From Vicugna vicugna (Eukaryota): a DNA stretch of 64,000 nt. The first letter of the stretch is position 1, and each line of letters opens with the position of its first letter. The stretch lies in the NCBI GenBank assembly GCA_013265495.1, contig MU058423.1, forward strand, positions 2,991,061 to 3,055,060, in the 5' to 3' direction. The translations under genes were made by a program, and so were the position numbers. This document shows, piece by piece, positions 51,408-64,000 of this stretch. The notes under the pieces are model-generated. The model was not told the DNA's origin. It saw nothing but the letters and a program-made list of their open reading frames with translations, and searched no databases.

Positions 51408-51521
<114 letters not shown>

Positions 51522-52522
51522 TAAGGTTTCATCTGAAGTTTTTAGTGGCTTATCATTGGAAGAAGCTTAGCAAAACAAAACAAGAAACAAAAATTTAAAA
51601 GTCAGACTTAGCTTTCCTAGAAAATAGTATACTCAATTCCGTTGAGTTGGAGCACGTCTAGGGGAGAAGTTCCATGTAAGTTTCAATTAGTTGAAAATCT
51701 GATTTTAAAATCTACTTAGTTAACAGTGTCTATATCTAAAACATCACAAGGGTCATGTCTGCAGCAGTTGTTTCTTCATAATAGTACAAATTTTAAAGAT
51801 GTCGTTCCAGTGTCTCCTAGCCTCCATTATTTCTGACAAGCAATTATCCTTAATTCTCTTGTAGGCAATATTCTTTCCCTTTTTTTTCTTCTTCTACTTG
51901 CTGCCTTCAAGATTTTCTCCTTGTCATTGGTTTTCAGCAGTTTGATTTTGATGTGCTTAAGTGTGGCTTATTTGTATTTTTCCTGCATGGGGTTTATGAG
52001 CCTTTTAGATCTATGAGTTTGTGTCTTTCATCAAATTTGGGAAGTTTCTGGCAGTTATTTCTTCAAAAATTTTTTCTGCCCCTTTTCTCTTTTCCTTCTA
52101 ATTACACAGTGTTAGACAGATTGATACTGTCCCACAGTTCTGAGGCTCTGTTCCTTTAAAAAAAAAACGGTTTTTTCTCTGTGTATTATCCAGTCTGGAT
52201 TATTTCTGTTGGTTTGCCTTCAGTGTTTATTGACACTTTATTCAATTATTAGAAATCTGCTCATAAACAATTTTTCATTTCAGATATTGTACTTTTCATA
52301 ATTTACTTTTATTTATAATTGTTTTGCTAAGATATTCCCATCTGTTTGTTCATTGTAACTGTATTTCCAAAAAAAAATCCTTGAATGTATTTTTAGTAAC
52401 TACTCGTTCACTAATAGTCCTTGTTTGCTAATTCCAACTTTTAGGTTATATCAGGCTCAGTTGCTATTGATTACCTTTCCTTTTAACTATGAGTCATTTT
52501 TTTTTCACATATCTAGTCATTT

Positions 52523-52672
52523 AAAAAAATTATTTTATTTTATTTTGGGGGGGAGGTAGTTAGGTTTATTTATTTATTATTATTAGTTATTACTTTTTAA
52601 TGGAGGTACTAGGAATTGAACCCAGGACCTGGTGCGTGCTAAGCACACACTCTACCACATTATACCCTTCCC
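52523..52672 (-). mobile_element. tRNA-derived SINE (Vic-1-like)
   Basis: Reverse complement reads GTGGTAGAGTGTGTGCTTAGCACGCACCAGGTCCTGGGTTCAATTCC plus AT-rich tail with CCTCCCCCCC. Confidence 0.8.
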
Positions 52673-52683
52673 ACTCATATGTC

Positions 52684-52848
52684 TTTTTTTTAAATACACT
52701 TTTATTGAAGTATAGTCAGTTTACAATGTTGTGTCAATTTCTAGTGTATAGCACAGTAATTTAGTCATATAGGAACATACATATATTCATTTTCATATTC
52801 TTTTTGACCATAAGTTAATATAAGATACTGAATATAGTTCCCTATGCT
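52684..52848 (-). mobile_element. 5'-truncated L1 3' end
   Basis: T-tract then tttattgaagtatagtcagtttacaatgttgtg. Confidence 0.75.
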
Positions 52849-53756
52849 ATATCTAGTCATTTTTTAATGTATTCTGCACATTGTGGATTCATTGTTGAGA
52901 CTCTGGATTTCTGTTATTCCTTTGAAAGGTATTGCTTTTTATTCATGCAGTGTGTTCACTTTATTATACTCAGAATGCAAACTCTCTCTCTCACCTAGTA
53001 GACACCAGCTGAAATCTCTGCTCAGTTATATAGAGTTCAATCTGTTGCTTTTCCTGGGCTCTTTGGAGTTTCTCTTGCATCTTCAGTTTCATGGATGGCT
53101 AAGGATTTAGGAACACTTTATACTGTAGGTTTTGGTGTATTTTTCACTGTGGCTTCCTCCTTTTTTTTGGATCCTCCTACCCTCCCCACTACTTTTCAGC
53201 TGTTCTGGCAGTACCAGACTTTTTGCTGACTTCTCAAAAACCTGGAAAACTGCACATTCTGCTTCAGTTCTAGCTCACACTGTGTGGACTGGGGAGTGCC
53301 CTCGCTGGAAGGCCTTATACCCTTGAATCTCACCTCTGAAAGTTTTCTTTCTTTCAAGGATTGACTTCCTTCTAGTTGTGCCCGTTTTTTGTTTTCTTCC
53401 GTGCTTTCAGATAGTTTTTTTGTGTCTTATCTAGGGTTTAACATTGTTATCTTCAGAAAGATTAGCCAGATACAAGTTATTGTACCATTGTCCGAAGTGG
53501 AACCTCATATTATTTTCTGATTCTTCATTCATACCATGCTATTTGATACCTCTTTGCTTTTGTACAGTCTTCATTTATCTAGAATACTGTTTCTTTCATC
53601 ATTTCCTATCTTTACATAGCACATTCCTTATCATCTTCCAAGAATCAGTTCTTGAAAGACTCTCCTCACTTCTAGTAGAATTGGTTTCACACTCCTTTGA
53701 AACCTTGCTGAACCCTATACATATTTCATACAAATTTATTAGATGAGTCTCTTCTT

Positions 53757-54179
53757 TTTTTCTTAATTGAGGTATAGTTGACTTACAATATTATGTTAGT
53801 TTTAAGTGTATAGCATAGTGATTCAGTAATTTTGCAGATTATATTCCATTATAGGTTATTACAAGATATAGGGTTTAATTCCCTGTGATACACAGTTAAT
53901 CCTTGTTGCTTATCTGTTTTATGTCCAGTAGTTTGTATTTGTTAATCCCATACCCCTAAGTTGTTCCTCTCCAACTTTGGTAACCACAAGTTTGTCTGAG
54001 TCTTTTTCTGTTTTGTATATATATTCACTTATATTATTTTTATATTATATATATGAGTGATATTATATAGTATTTTTCTTTCTCTGACTTATTTCACTAA
54101 GCATAATATTCTATAGATTATCCATGTTTTTTGCAAATGGCAGCATTTCATTCTTTTTTATGGCTGAGTAATACTCCTG

Positions 54180-54226
<47 letters not shown>

Positions 54227-54275
54227 CCACATGTTGTTATCCAGTCATCTGTTGATGGGCACTTGGGTTGCTTCC
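53757..54275 (-). mobile_element. 5'-truncated L1 3' end containing a (TG)n repeat at about 54182-54224
   Basis: L1 3' UTR motifs; 19-bp TSD with 2 mismatches (53738-53756, 54276-54294). Confidence 0.85.
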
Positions 54276-54793
54276 ATTAGATGACCCTCTTCTTGAAGGC
54301 AGGGATTTGGTTTTATTGAACACGTACTTGCTGTTACAACAATGGTTGAAAGAATGATGGAAGGTTCATTATTATTTTCATTCAGCCTTTAGAAACACTT
54401 TTTCTTTGAACTGCTTAAGGCATTTAACATTTTTTGATTCATAGACAAATCAAGTAGATTCTTTGCCCTTTCTTCCTCTCCCTGAAGAAAAATCCCTTTT
54501 AAAAGTTTAAAGTCTGTAGTTATTTTATGGCTTTTTAAAGCAATGTTGTTCATTTCTTCCTACGCTTTCAGCCCTATTTTATTAGACCTTCCTCATGTTT
54601 GAAAAGGAAAAAGAATTTTCTGAAAGCAAAGGTACTTACAGTAACTTATAAATACATTTGACTCATGAGACATTGGGAAATTAATTTTTTTAAGTCTTTA
54701 AAAAGAAATTATTAGTCCTTTAAGACAAAGTTGGCCTATTTTGCTTTAGGAACTTGAGTGTCATTTCTAGTCTTTGACATTGCTGTAATTTAG

Positions 54794-54967
<174 letters not shown>

Positions 54968-55917
54968 TAGTATTTTGTTCACTAAAACGAAAGATGAGTA
55001 TCATGAGTTTTCAAAATTTTTTATGAGCAAGGATGGGGCAAGATCTGCTCCTTTGCAGCTGTAGTACTTTCACTCTGTAGTGCTCAATTTGTTCCGTGAT
55101 TTAGACAAAGATGGTAAATGAATGGCTGTCTGGTTGAAGGTATGTTCTCCCTTCTTGTTTAAGGTGACCTAGGTAGCAAAAGATGTTTGACCTGATGACT
55201 GTACGTCATTGCTTCTTTCCTTATTCCTGAAGTGGATTATGTTTACCTCATTCTGTCTTCTCAGTATTTTCTTTGATCTAGAGGTGTTTTTTTTTAAAAT
55301 AAAATGTTTATCTTTATGATAATTCGAATTTAATGCTATTAAATTCTTTTTGATTTGAGAGTTACTTTTAAAGTTTTAATATAAAACCAAGGAAATTTTA
55401 TTAAGTGCCAGTAAGTGGTCATTGAAATAATAGAGAAATATTTGCCAGATAATAATGTTTAAAAGTGAAAAGAACACTGGAATATGAATCAACAAGAGTA
55501 ATTTTTGTTCTATCACTAGCCAACTGAGTTACTTTGGTTAAATATGCACTCTAATTTTTCCCATATGTAAGATATAGAAATATATCTATACTACTCAAGC
55601 TCTAAGGTTCCTTATGTCATTAAAATCTTATGTTTCTAAGATAATATTCTAATATTCACTAGACAAATTATTTTTGATTGTCTCTCAGCTAAGCTTCCTT
55701 TTGTTCTGTCTCTGCACTGTTTTTGTAGTAAGTGAGCTGTAGATTTTCCCTTTCTTGATTTGCTTTCTTTCCCCCAACACATTTGTCCTAAGGCAATTTT
55801 GAGACTGGCTCTTTTGCTTTTTGGGTAAGGTGGAGTGATAACAAGCTTATATAAACAATTGAATATTGGCATGCTTCAGTTTTGTTGTTCTTAACCCTTA
55901 AAAATATACATTTTTGC

Positions 55918-55996
55918 AGGTAGGTATAGCTAAGTGGTAGAGTGCATGCTTAGCATGCATGAGGTCCTGGGTTCAATCCCCAGTACATCCAAAAAA
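55918..55996 (+). mobile_element. Short tRNA-derived SINE (Vic-1-like)
   Basis: A box TAGCTAAGTGG (55927-55937), B box GGTTCAATCCC (55970-55980), A tail. Confidence 0.8.
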
Positions 55997-56290
55997 TTTA
56001 TTAATGGTCTTAAGCCTGAATTACACTTTTTTATACATATAGGTTTAATGTGCTAATTTAACCAAATTTTAAAATCTTTTTAATTTTAGTGGTAAAAACA
56101 TTTTGGTTCCTGACTTGGAAGTTGTTAAATAGTCCACAATTATGAGTATTCTGTGACATGAGTTTATCCTTTGCAATTGAACTGTTTGTGAAAGTTTGTA
56201 AAGTGTCTTTTTGTTCGAATAAGATGCTCTCATTGTTTTCATATCTCATAGCATCTCTCTTTATGGTGATTACTTATGTTTTTCTTATAG

Positions 56291-57139
<849 letters not shown>

Positions 57140-59947
57140 TAATTTGGGGTGAGCGTGTGTGTGTGTGTGTGTGTTTTCTTAATGATCAAGTCCCTTTAGT
57201 TGAAAGTTAGTCCTTAAAACTTTATAAGGGGTTTCTAAAATTTTGGTAATGAACATTGTTAGGGAAAATCTTTATTTTTATATCCTGTATTATTATTTTG
57301 CTAGTTGTAAAGGTAATACATGTGCACTGAAGAAATTTTGGAAAGTATGAATGAGTATAAATAAGAGAATTAAAATCCCATGCACTCTCATGCTTAGATG
57401 ACCAGCATTGTTTCTATAATACCTTTTTAAAAATTGGGAGAGTGCTATATAATATATATGTAATATGTGTAAATTTGCTTTTTTCCCATGAAAAAATCAT
57501 ACCCCCCATTCTTAAACATTTATTGAGATCAGTGATTAACGGTGTACACATGATTCCATTTTATGACTGAGTCATAATTTTACCTAATTCCTTATTGCAG
57601 GATAGTAGTTTCTACTTTTTCTTTCTATAAATAGTAATGTATTGAACATGTATATATAAAAATCTCTGATTATTTTCACTTATATTTTCCTAGTAATTAT
57701 ATATATACATGAAAGAATTAAGTGCTAAAGCTACCACTTAATTTTTCCTTCAAACCTGGCATGAAATAATAATTTCCTAGTTAGCAGTTCTTTATTTCAT
57801 GGGTTAAGAAACTTCTTGCCTTGATTTTCCAGGAAACTCAGGACACATGGTTGGTTTCCTATACTCAGAGTAAATACTGTGAAGTATTATTATTGTTGAC
57901 TGTAATAAATTTATTAAAGAAGTGCAAAAACTAAATAAACCTTTTACTATTCATATAGGCTAGTTGGAAGCATTCTTCATTGAGGAAGGCACACTTAACT
58001 TGGAATTTCTGTTTCTAATTAAAACAAGAGGAGATCTTTAGTTAAGGCACAAGAAATACAGAATAAATACATATAGAAGCTTTTTCTCTTAATTTGCTGT
58101 GTGATTGTGTGGGAGTTGTGATTTTCTTTAATGTTCTTTAAAGAGGAGAGGATTCTAGGATCAGTTAAGTCATGGGACTTCCTAAATAAAGCCTAGTGTG
58201 ATTTCCTAAGGCATCTTACTGCTCTATATTTTATATTTGAAAGATAGAGATGATATCTACTGATGAAAATGAATGAGTATGTTTAAGGTGTAACTAAAAA
58301 GAATTGCGAAGCTCAGTTAGATCAATTATGTTAAAATGCCATATGAAGAGATTCCTACTTGTGGTAATACATGTTTGAAGTCAGTATTGATTTAAAAATA
58401 TATGATTGTCTACTCTGTGCTAGTACTGTGCTGCATCCCTGGGCTATATGGATTGGGTTACTATGGTTAAGAAGAAGATAAAACATGAAAGAAAGGTTTA
58501 GAAAGGAGTATGTGTTATTTTTAAGGATATCTTTTGACTCGAACGGAAACAAACTTATAATAAAAAAAGAAGAAAAATCAGTTGAAATGTGTAAGCTTTG
58601 GTTACTCAATGTAATGGGCTCAAAATTAAATGGCAGGAAAGAAAAAGAATCTGTTGTCAGACATGGGCCAGCATTGAATTTGGCGTCTGAAGACCTGGAT
58701 TCAAGTCCTAGCTTTATTAACTAACTATGCAGTTTTTGGAAAATGACTATTTTGAATCTGTTTCCTCATCTTTGAAATGGGAGTTGTAACCTATTTTACT
58801 GCTTATTGTGCAAGTTAAATGAGATAGTGCATGTGGAAGTGCTATATAAATTGCAAAATTAAATCAAATGTAACTTTAAGAAAGTTGTTTTATTTATCTC
58901 TATACAGTTAATAACCCTTACAAATTTCTATTTTATGGATATAAAATCAGGCTCCCTATGGTCATTAACAGCTTATAGTGCAGTCTGGTAGCTGAAAATG
59001 CTTTCCAGGTCTTTCTACTTCCTCCTCAAGCTGCATGTGTGTGTATGTATGTTTATGTACTTGTTAAATACTAGGCTCCTAACTAATGATATCTTTGTGA
59101 AGATGGCTATCTAGCTCTGCTTTCCTAAAGCCTAGACCTATATTTTGGTATGTCTGACACACTTACACTTGAAGAGGCCATTATGAAGTCATCTCATAAT
59201 CAAATTCCTTGAAGACAGAAATCATTTTACTTTTGTACTTGTTCCCACGGTGCCTTTTACCAATAGGTAATCTGTGTAAATGTCTGTGGTATTCATCATC
59301 TTTGGATGATGTTAAAAATTTTGAACAATATAGCTATGAAAAGTAGAAATTGCTATTGTTTTAGAAGACTATTAGGAACAATCTGACACAAGACATCAAA
59401 CTTACTAATTAGTATACATTAAAAATACTTGAAAGATGTATGTTTAGCTTTGATGTTAAGTGCAAATAAATCAAAGAAAGCCTCTTAATAAAATCTCAGC
59501 AGTTCTTAAAATTTTGTTGAAATGTATTGGAGAAAAGAAAACTGGTGTTTGGATAACAAAATAACAGATTCAGAATTCATAAAGAGAATTTGGGCATTAG
59601 ATCATCCAGCCTATTGTTCAATTTGTAGATGAAGCTGAAGCACAGAGAATTTTAGTGATTTTTTCCCAAGGCCACACATACTGTTTTAGTTGAGAGCCCC
59701 TACTCTCCTTGATTAATAATCCAGTGCTCTTCGATTATAAGCACATTCTATCTGAAAAAAAAAATCCCTTACATAGTGTACTTAAGAAAGGAAAATAAAA
59801 AAATCTCTTTTTGTGTACTTGAAAAACACTTTGGCTAAATATTCATTGTTTTAAATTAAAATTTTCTCTAACTATGATATGTGTTCTTTTACCCCTACCT
59901 CTTCCTTTTCTTTTTTTCCTTTTCTTTTTTTTTTTTTTTTGCCCTGA

Positions 59948-60100
<153 letters not shown>

Positions 60101-60639
60101 TAGAGTTATTCTCTTTGTAAAAAGTAATCTTACTTGCTTGGATAGAATTTAAAAAGCATTTCCTGACATTTGGGAGTAGGAGAGAGAGATCTGGATTTTC
60201 TTAATTAGCTCGTTTTCTCCCCTCTCCCTTAAGAATTTATAGTATTTTTAGTTATTATTGTGTATTTTGGAGCATTTTTTATGGGTGAATTTATTAACAG
60301 TTTAAAATACCACAGTAGACATTACTTCTATATGTTTCAGCACTCAAGTAATTGAACTCACATTAAATGTGGACAGCTTTTTAAGATACATGCTCTATAT
60401 TTTACTAGTTAGATGTAATAAACAAGAAATGATGACCTTTATAATAGAGAATAATACTTTAAGCCTTTAGTGTTTCAGGGTATTTTTCTGTGATGTTTTG
60501 TATTGTGAAGTAAGGTATAAATTTTACCTTATATATAACATCCCACTTATAAGGGGTGAATGGTAGGTTTAATAAGTTGAATATTTTTTTTTGCTTTTGA
60601 CTAAATATTAAGAAAGAAGTAGAAAAATTATTCTTAAAA

Positions 60640-63600
60640 ATACATATGGATATGCACCAAACACCAAAATCCCAAAATAATATGAAGCAAACATTGGCAG
60701 AACTGAAGGGAGAAATAGACGATGTTGCAGTTACAGTTGGAGACTTCAGTACCCCACTTGCAATAATGGATAGGACATCTAAACAGAAGATCAGTAAGGG
60801 CATAGAGGACTTGAACAACACTATAAACCAGTTAGACCTAACAGACATCTGTAGAACACTCCAATAATAGAATACATATTCTTCTCCAGTGCACATGCAG
60901 TGTTCTTCAGCATAGGCCATATGTTAAGACAGAAAACAAGTCTCAATAAATTTTAAAAGTTTTGAAATCATGTAAAGTATCTTCTCTGACCACAGGTAGA
61001 AATTAACAGAAGGAAAATTTTTAAATTCACAAATTTATAAAAATCAATCAACACACTCTTAAACAACCAATGGGTCAAAGATGAAATCATAAGAAAAATT
61101 AGAAAAACTTAGAGACTAATGAATATGAGTACAACTTACCAAAATATACAACAAACTTAGGGGATGCAGGAAAAGCAGTTCTCAGGAAGAAGTTATAGCT
61201 TTAAGTGCATACATTAAAAAAGAAGAAGGATCTCAAATCAATAACCTAAATTTACACCTTGAAGAACTAGGAAAAGAAAAGAAAGCTAGACTCAAAGCTA
61301 GCCAAAGGAAGGAATTAATAAAGATTAGAAGAGACAGAAATAAAATAGAGAAAAGTAGGGAAGAGTATACCTCAAGTGGTAGAGTGCATGCTTAGCATGC
61401 ACCAGGTCCTGGGTTCAAGCCCCATTACCTCCATTAAAAAGTAATTAAATAAACCTAATTACCTCCCCTCCCCCCAAATAAAAATACATGAGAGCAGCAC
61501 CTTAAAAAAGGATGTTATTTATAAAAAAAAAAGAGAGAGAGAGAAAAGGAAAACAGTAGAGGGAATCAATAAAACCAAAAGTTGGTTCTTTGAAAAAGCC
61601 AACAAAACTGACAAGCTCTTAGCTAGACAAAGAAAAAGAAACTACAAATAACTAAAAGCAGAAATAAAACCATCAATCTTACAGTAATGAAAAAGGATTA
61701 TAAAAGATACTATGACTAGTTGGAAGCCAACAAATTAGATAACTTAGATGAAATGGACAAATTCCTTAGAGACACACAAATTACTAAACTGATTCAAGAG
61801 GAAATAGAGAATCTCAACAGACCTATAATGAGTAAAGAGATTGAATTAGTATCAAAAATCTTCCCAAAAAGGAAATGTCCAGGATCAGATGGCTTTACTG
61901 GTGAATTCTACAAACATTTAAGAAGGGTTAACAATAATCCTCAAAATGTTCCAAAAAATAGAGGAGGGAACACTTACTAACTCATCCAGTGAGGCCAGCA
62001 TTATCCTGATACCAAAGCCAGATGAAGATATTGGTCTGTAGTTTTCTTTTCTTGTAATATCTTTTATGAATATAGAAGCAACAGTCAACAAAGTACTAGC
62101 AAACCAAGTCTGCCACCATGTTAAAAGGATTATGCATCCTGACCAAGTGGATTGATTCCAGGATGCAAGGGTGGTTCAACTTAATCGATTTAATACATCA
62201 CATTAATAGAATGAAGGAAAAAAAGAAACAATACACAGTTCTCCCAACGCTTGCAGAAAAGGCATTTGACAAAATCAAACACTCTTTCATGATAAAAACT
62301 CTTAGAAAACTTAGAGTGGAACTTCCTCAACATGATTGAGATCATTTATGTAAAACCCAAGCTAACATCATACTCAGTGGTGAATGACTGAAAGCTTTCT
62401 CCCTAAGATCAGGAATAAAAACAAGAATGCCTGCTTTTACCACTGCTATTCAACATTTATTAGAAGTTCTAGCCAGAGAAATTAGACCAGAAAAAAATTA
62501 ATTGGAAAGAAAGAAGTAAAGCAATCTCTATTCACAGATGACTTGAGTATTATATCCCATATATATTTGTGAATATAGAATCACAAAGAATTCACAAGAA
62601 AGCTACTAGAGCTTATAAACAGATTCATCAAAGTTGCAGGGTAAAAGATCAACACATAAAAGTCAGTTGTGCTTCTATACACCGGCAATGAACAATCAGA
62701 AAAGGAAATTAAGAAAGGAATTTCATTTATAATAGCATATAAAAAGATAAAATACCTGGGCATAAATTAAACTAAGGAGGTGAAAACTTGTATCCTGATA
62801 CCTATAAAACATTGCTGAAAGAAAGAAGATCTAAATAAATGGAAAGACATTCTGTGTTCATGGATAGAAAGATTTAATACTGTTGAGATGTCAGTGCTAC
62901 CCAATATGATTTACAGATTCCATGTAATTCCTATAAAAATTCCACAGCCTCTCCTGAAGTAATGGAAAAGCCAGCACTCAAATTCATATGGAATTGCAAG
63001 GGGCCTTGAATAGCCAAAACCATCTTGAAAAAAGAACAAAGTTGTAGGACTCACACTTCATATTTTCAAAACTTACTACAAAGTTATAGTAATCAAAACT
63101 CTGTGGTACTTGTGTAAGACTAGGCATGTAGACCAATGGAGTAAATTGAGGGACCAGAAGTAATCCCATATATCTATGGCCAGTTGATTTTTGGCAAGGG
63201 TGCCACACCTATTCAGTGGGGAAAAAATAGTCTCTTCAGTAGACAATGCTAGATCAACTGGATTTCCACATGCAAAAGAATGAAGTTGGACCTCTACCTC
63301 AAACCATATGTAAAAATTAACTAAAAATAGACCAATGACTTAGTATAAGACCTAAAAGTATAAAACACTTAGGAGAAAACGTAGGGGTAAGTCTTTATAA
63401 CCTTAGATTTTGTAATTTGTTCTTAGGTATGATACCAAAAGCTTAAGCACCAAATGTAAAAACTGATAAATTGCACTTCATCAAAAAAAACCCTTTTGTG
63501 CATCAAAGGACATTGTCTAGAAAGTGAAAAGACAGCCTATGAAATGAGAAAAATATTTGTAAGTCGTCTGATAAGAATTTAATATCTAGAATATATAAAG

Positions 63601-64000
63601 AACTACTACAACTCAACAACAAAAAAATCCAATTAAAAAAAAGACTTTAGTAGACATTTCTCCAAATTGGCCAAGTATCTACAAATAGCCAATAAATACA
63701 TGAAAAAGATGCCTAATACCACTTGTCATTATGGATTTGGAAATGCAGATCAAAACCGCAAAGAAATATAACTTTAGGACTACTAGAATGGCTGAAATCA
63801 AAGCAGTGGAAAATAACACATGTTGATGAGGAAGTAGAGAAATTTGAGCACTCTAACATTGCTGGTTGGAATGTAAAATGGTGCAGTCAGTGTGGTTTCA
63901 TGGGACCTCAAAAAACTAAACCTAGAATTACCCAGTAATTTCACTTCTAGGTATATACCCAAAGGCATTGAAAGCAGGGACTCAAACAGGTATCTGTACA
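60640..64000 (+). mobile_element. Decayed L1 ORF2 region (endonuclease to RT), sense to WDR47, in intron 6
   Basis: ORF fragments VGDFSTPL, LDNLDEMDKFL, PGSDGFTGEFY, MQGWFN, AEKAFDKI with frameshifts and stops. Confidence 0.92.
61358..61490 (+). mobile_element. tRNA-derived SINE (Vic-1-like) inserted into the L1
   Basis: AAGTGGTAGAGTGCATGCTTAGCATGCACCAGGTCCTGGGTTCAAGCCC plus tail AAATAAACCTAATTACCTCCCC. Confidence 0.85.

Larger units (their letters stand above)
51760..53500 (-). mobile_element. Old L1M fragment, interrupted by younger insertions
   Basis: ttcaagattttctccttgtcattggttttcagcagtttgatt and related L1M antisense motifs; boundaries approximate. Confidence 0.6.

Noticed and set aside
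55921..55990. tRNA-like sequence
   Set aside because: No proper acceptor stem; homologous to SINE copies at 52523 and 61358
60640..64000. Possible active retroelement or novel RT gene
   Set aside because: Multiple frameshifts and stops, SINE insertion, no ORF1 or 5' UTR; ordinary dead L1

Overview
Mammalian genomic DNA, most likely from a camelid (three tRNA-derived SINEs resembling Vic-1; no Alu, B1 or Bov-type repeats seen). The gene order matches my recollection of the human 1p13.3 cluster read in reverse: the last four coding exons of CFAP276/C1orf194 (+), an independently transcribed composite C/D-box scaRNA (SCARNA2, -, about 5345-5768, invisible to the ORF track), TMEM167B (-, 74 aa), an LTR-dense head-to-head spacer, TAF13 (+, 124 aa, with an SNRPG retrocopy in intron 2), and the 5' part of WDR47 (+), ending in a decayed L1. 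I found no clearly undescribed system. The best leads are the scaRNA and its unassigned guide slot, an LTR with four CCAAT boxes, an octamer and a TATA box upstream of TAF13, an out-of-frame uATG overlapping TAF13, a tandem LTR dimer under one TSD, a possible TG 3' splice site in WDR47, and a micro-inversion in the L1. Gene and repeat-family names come from recalled sequences, not database searches.
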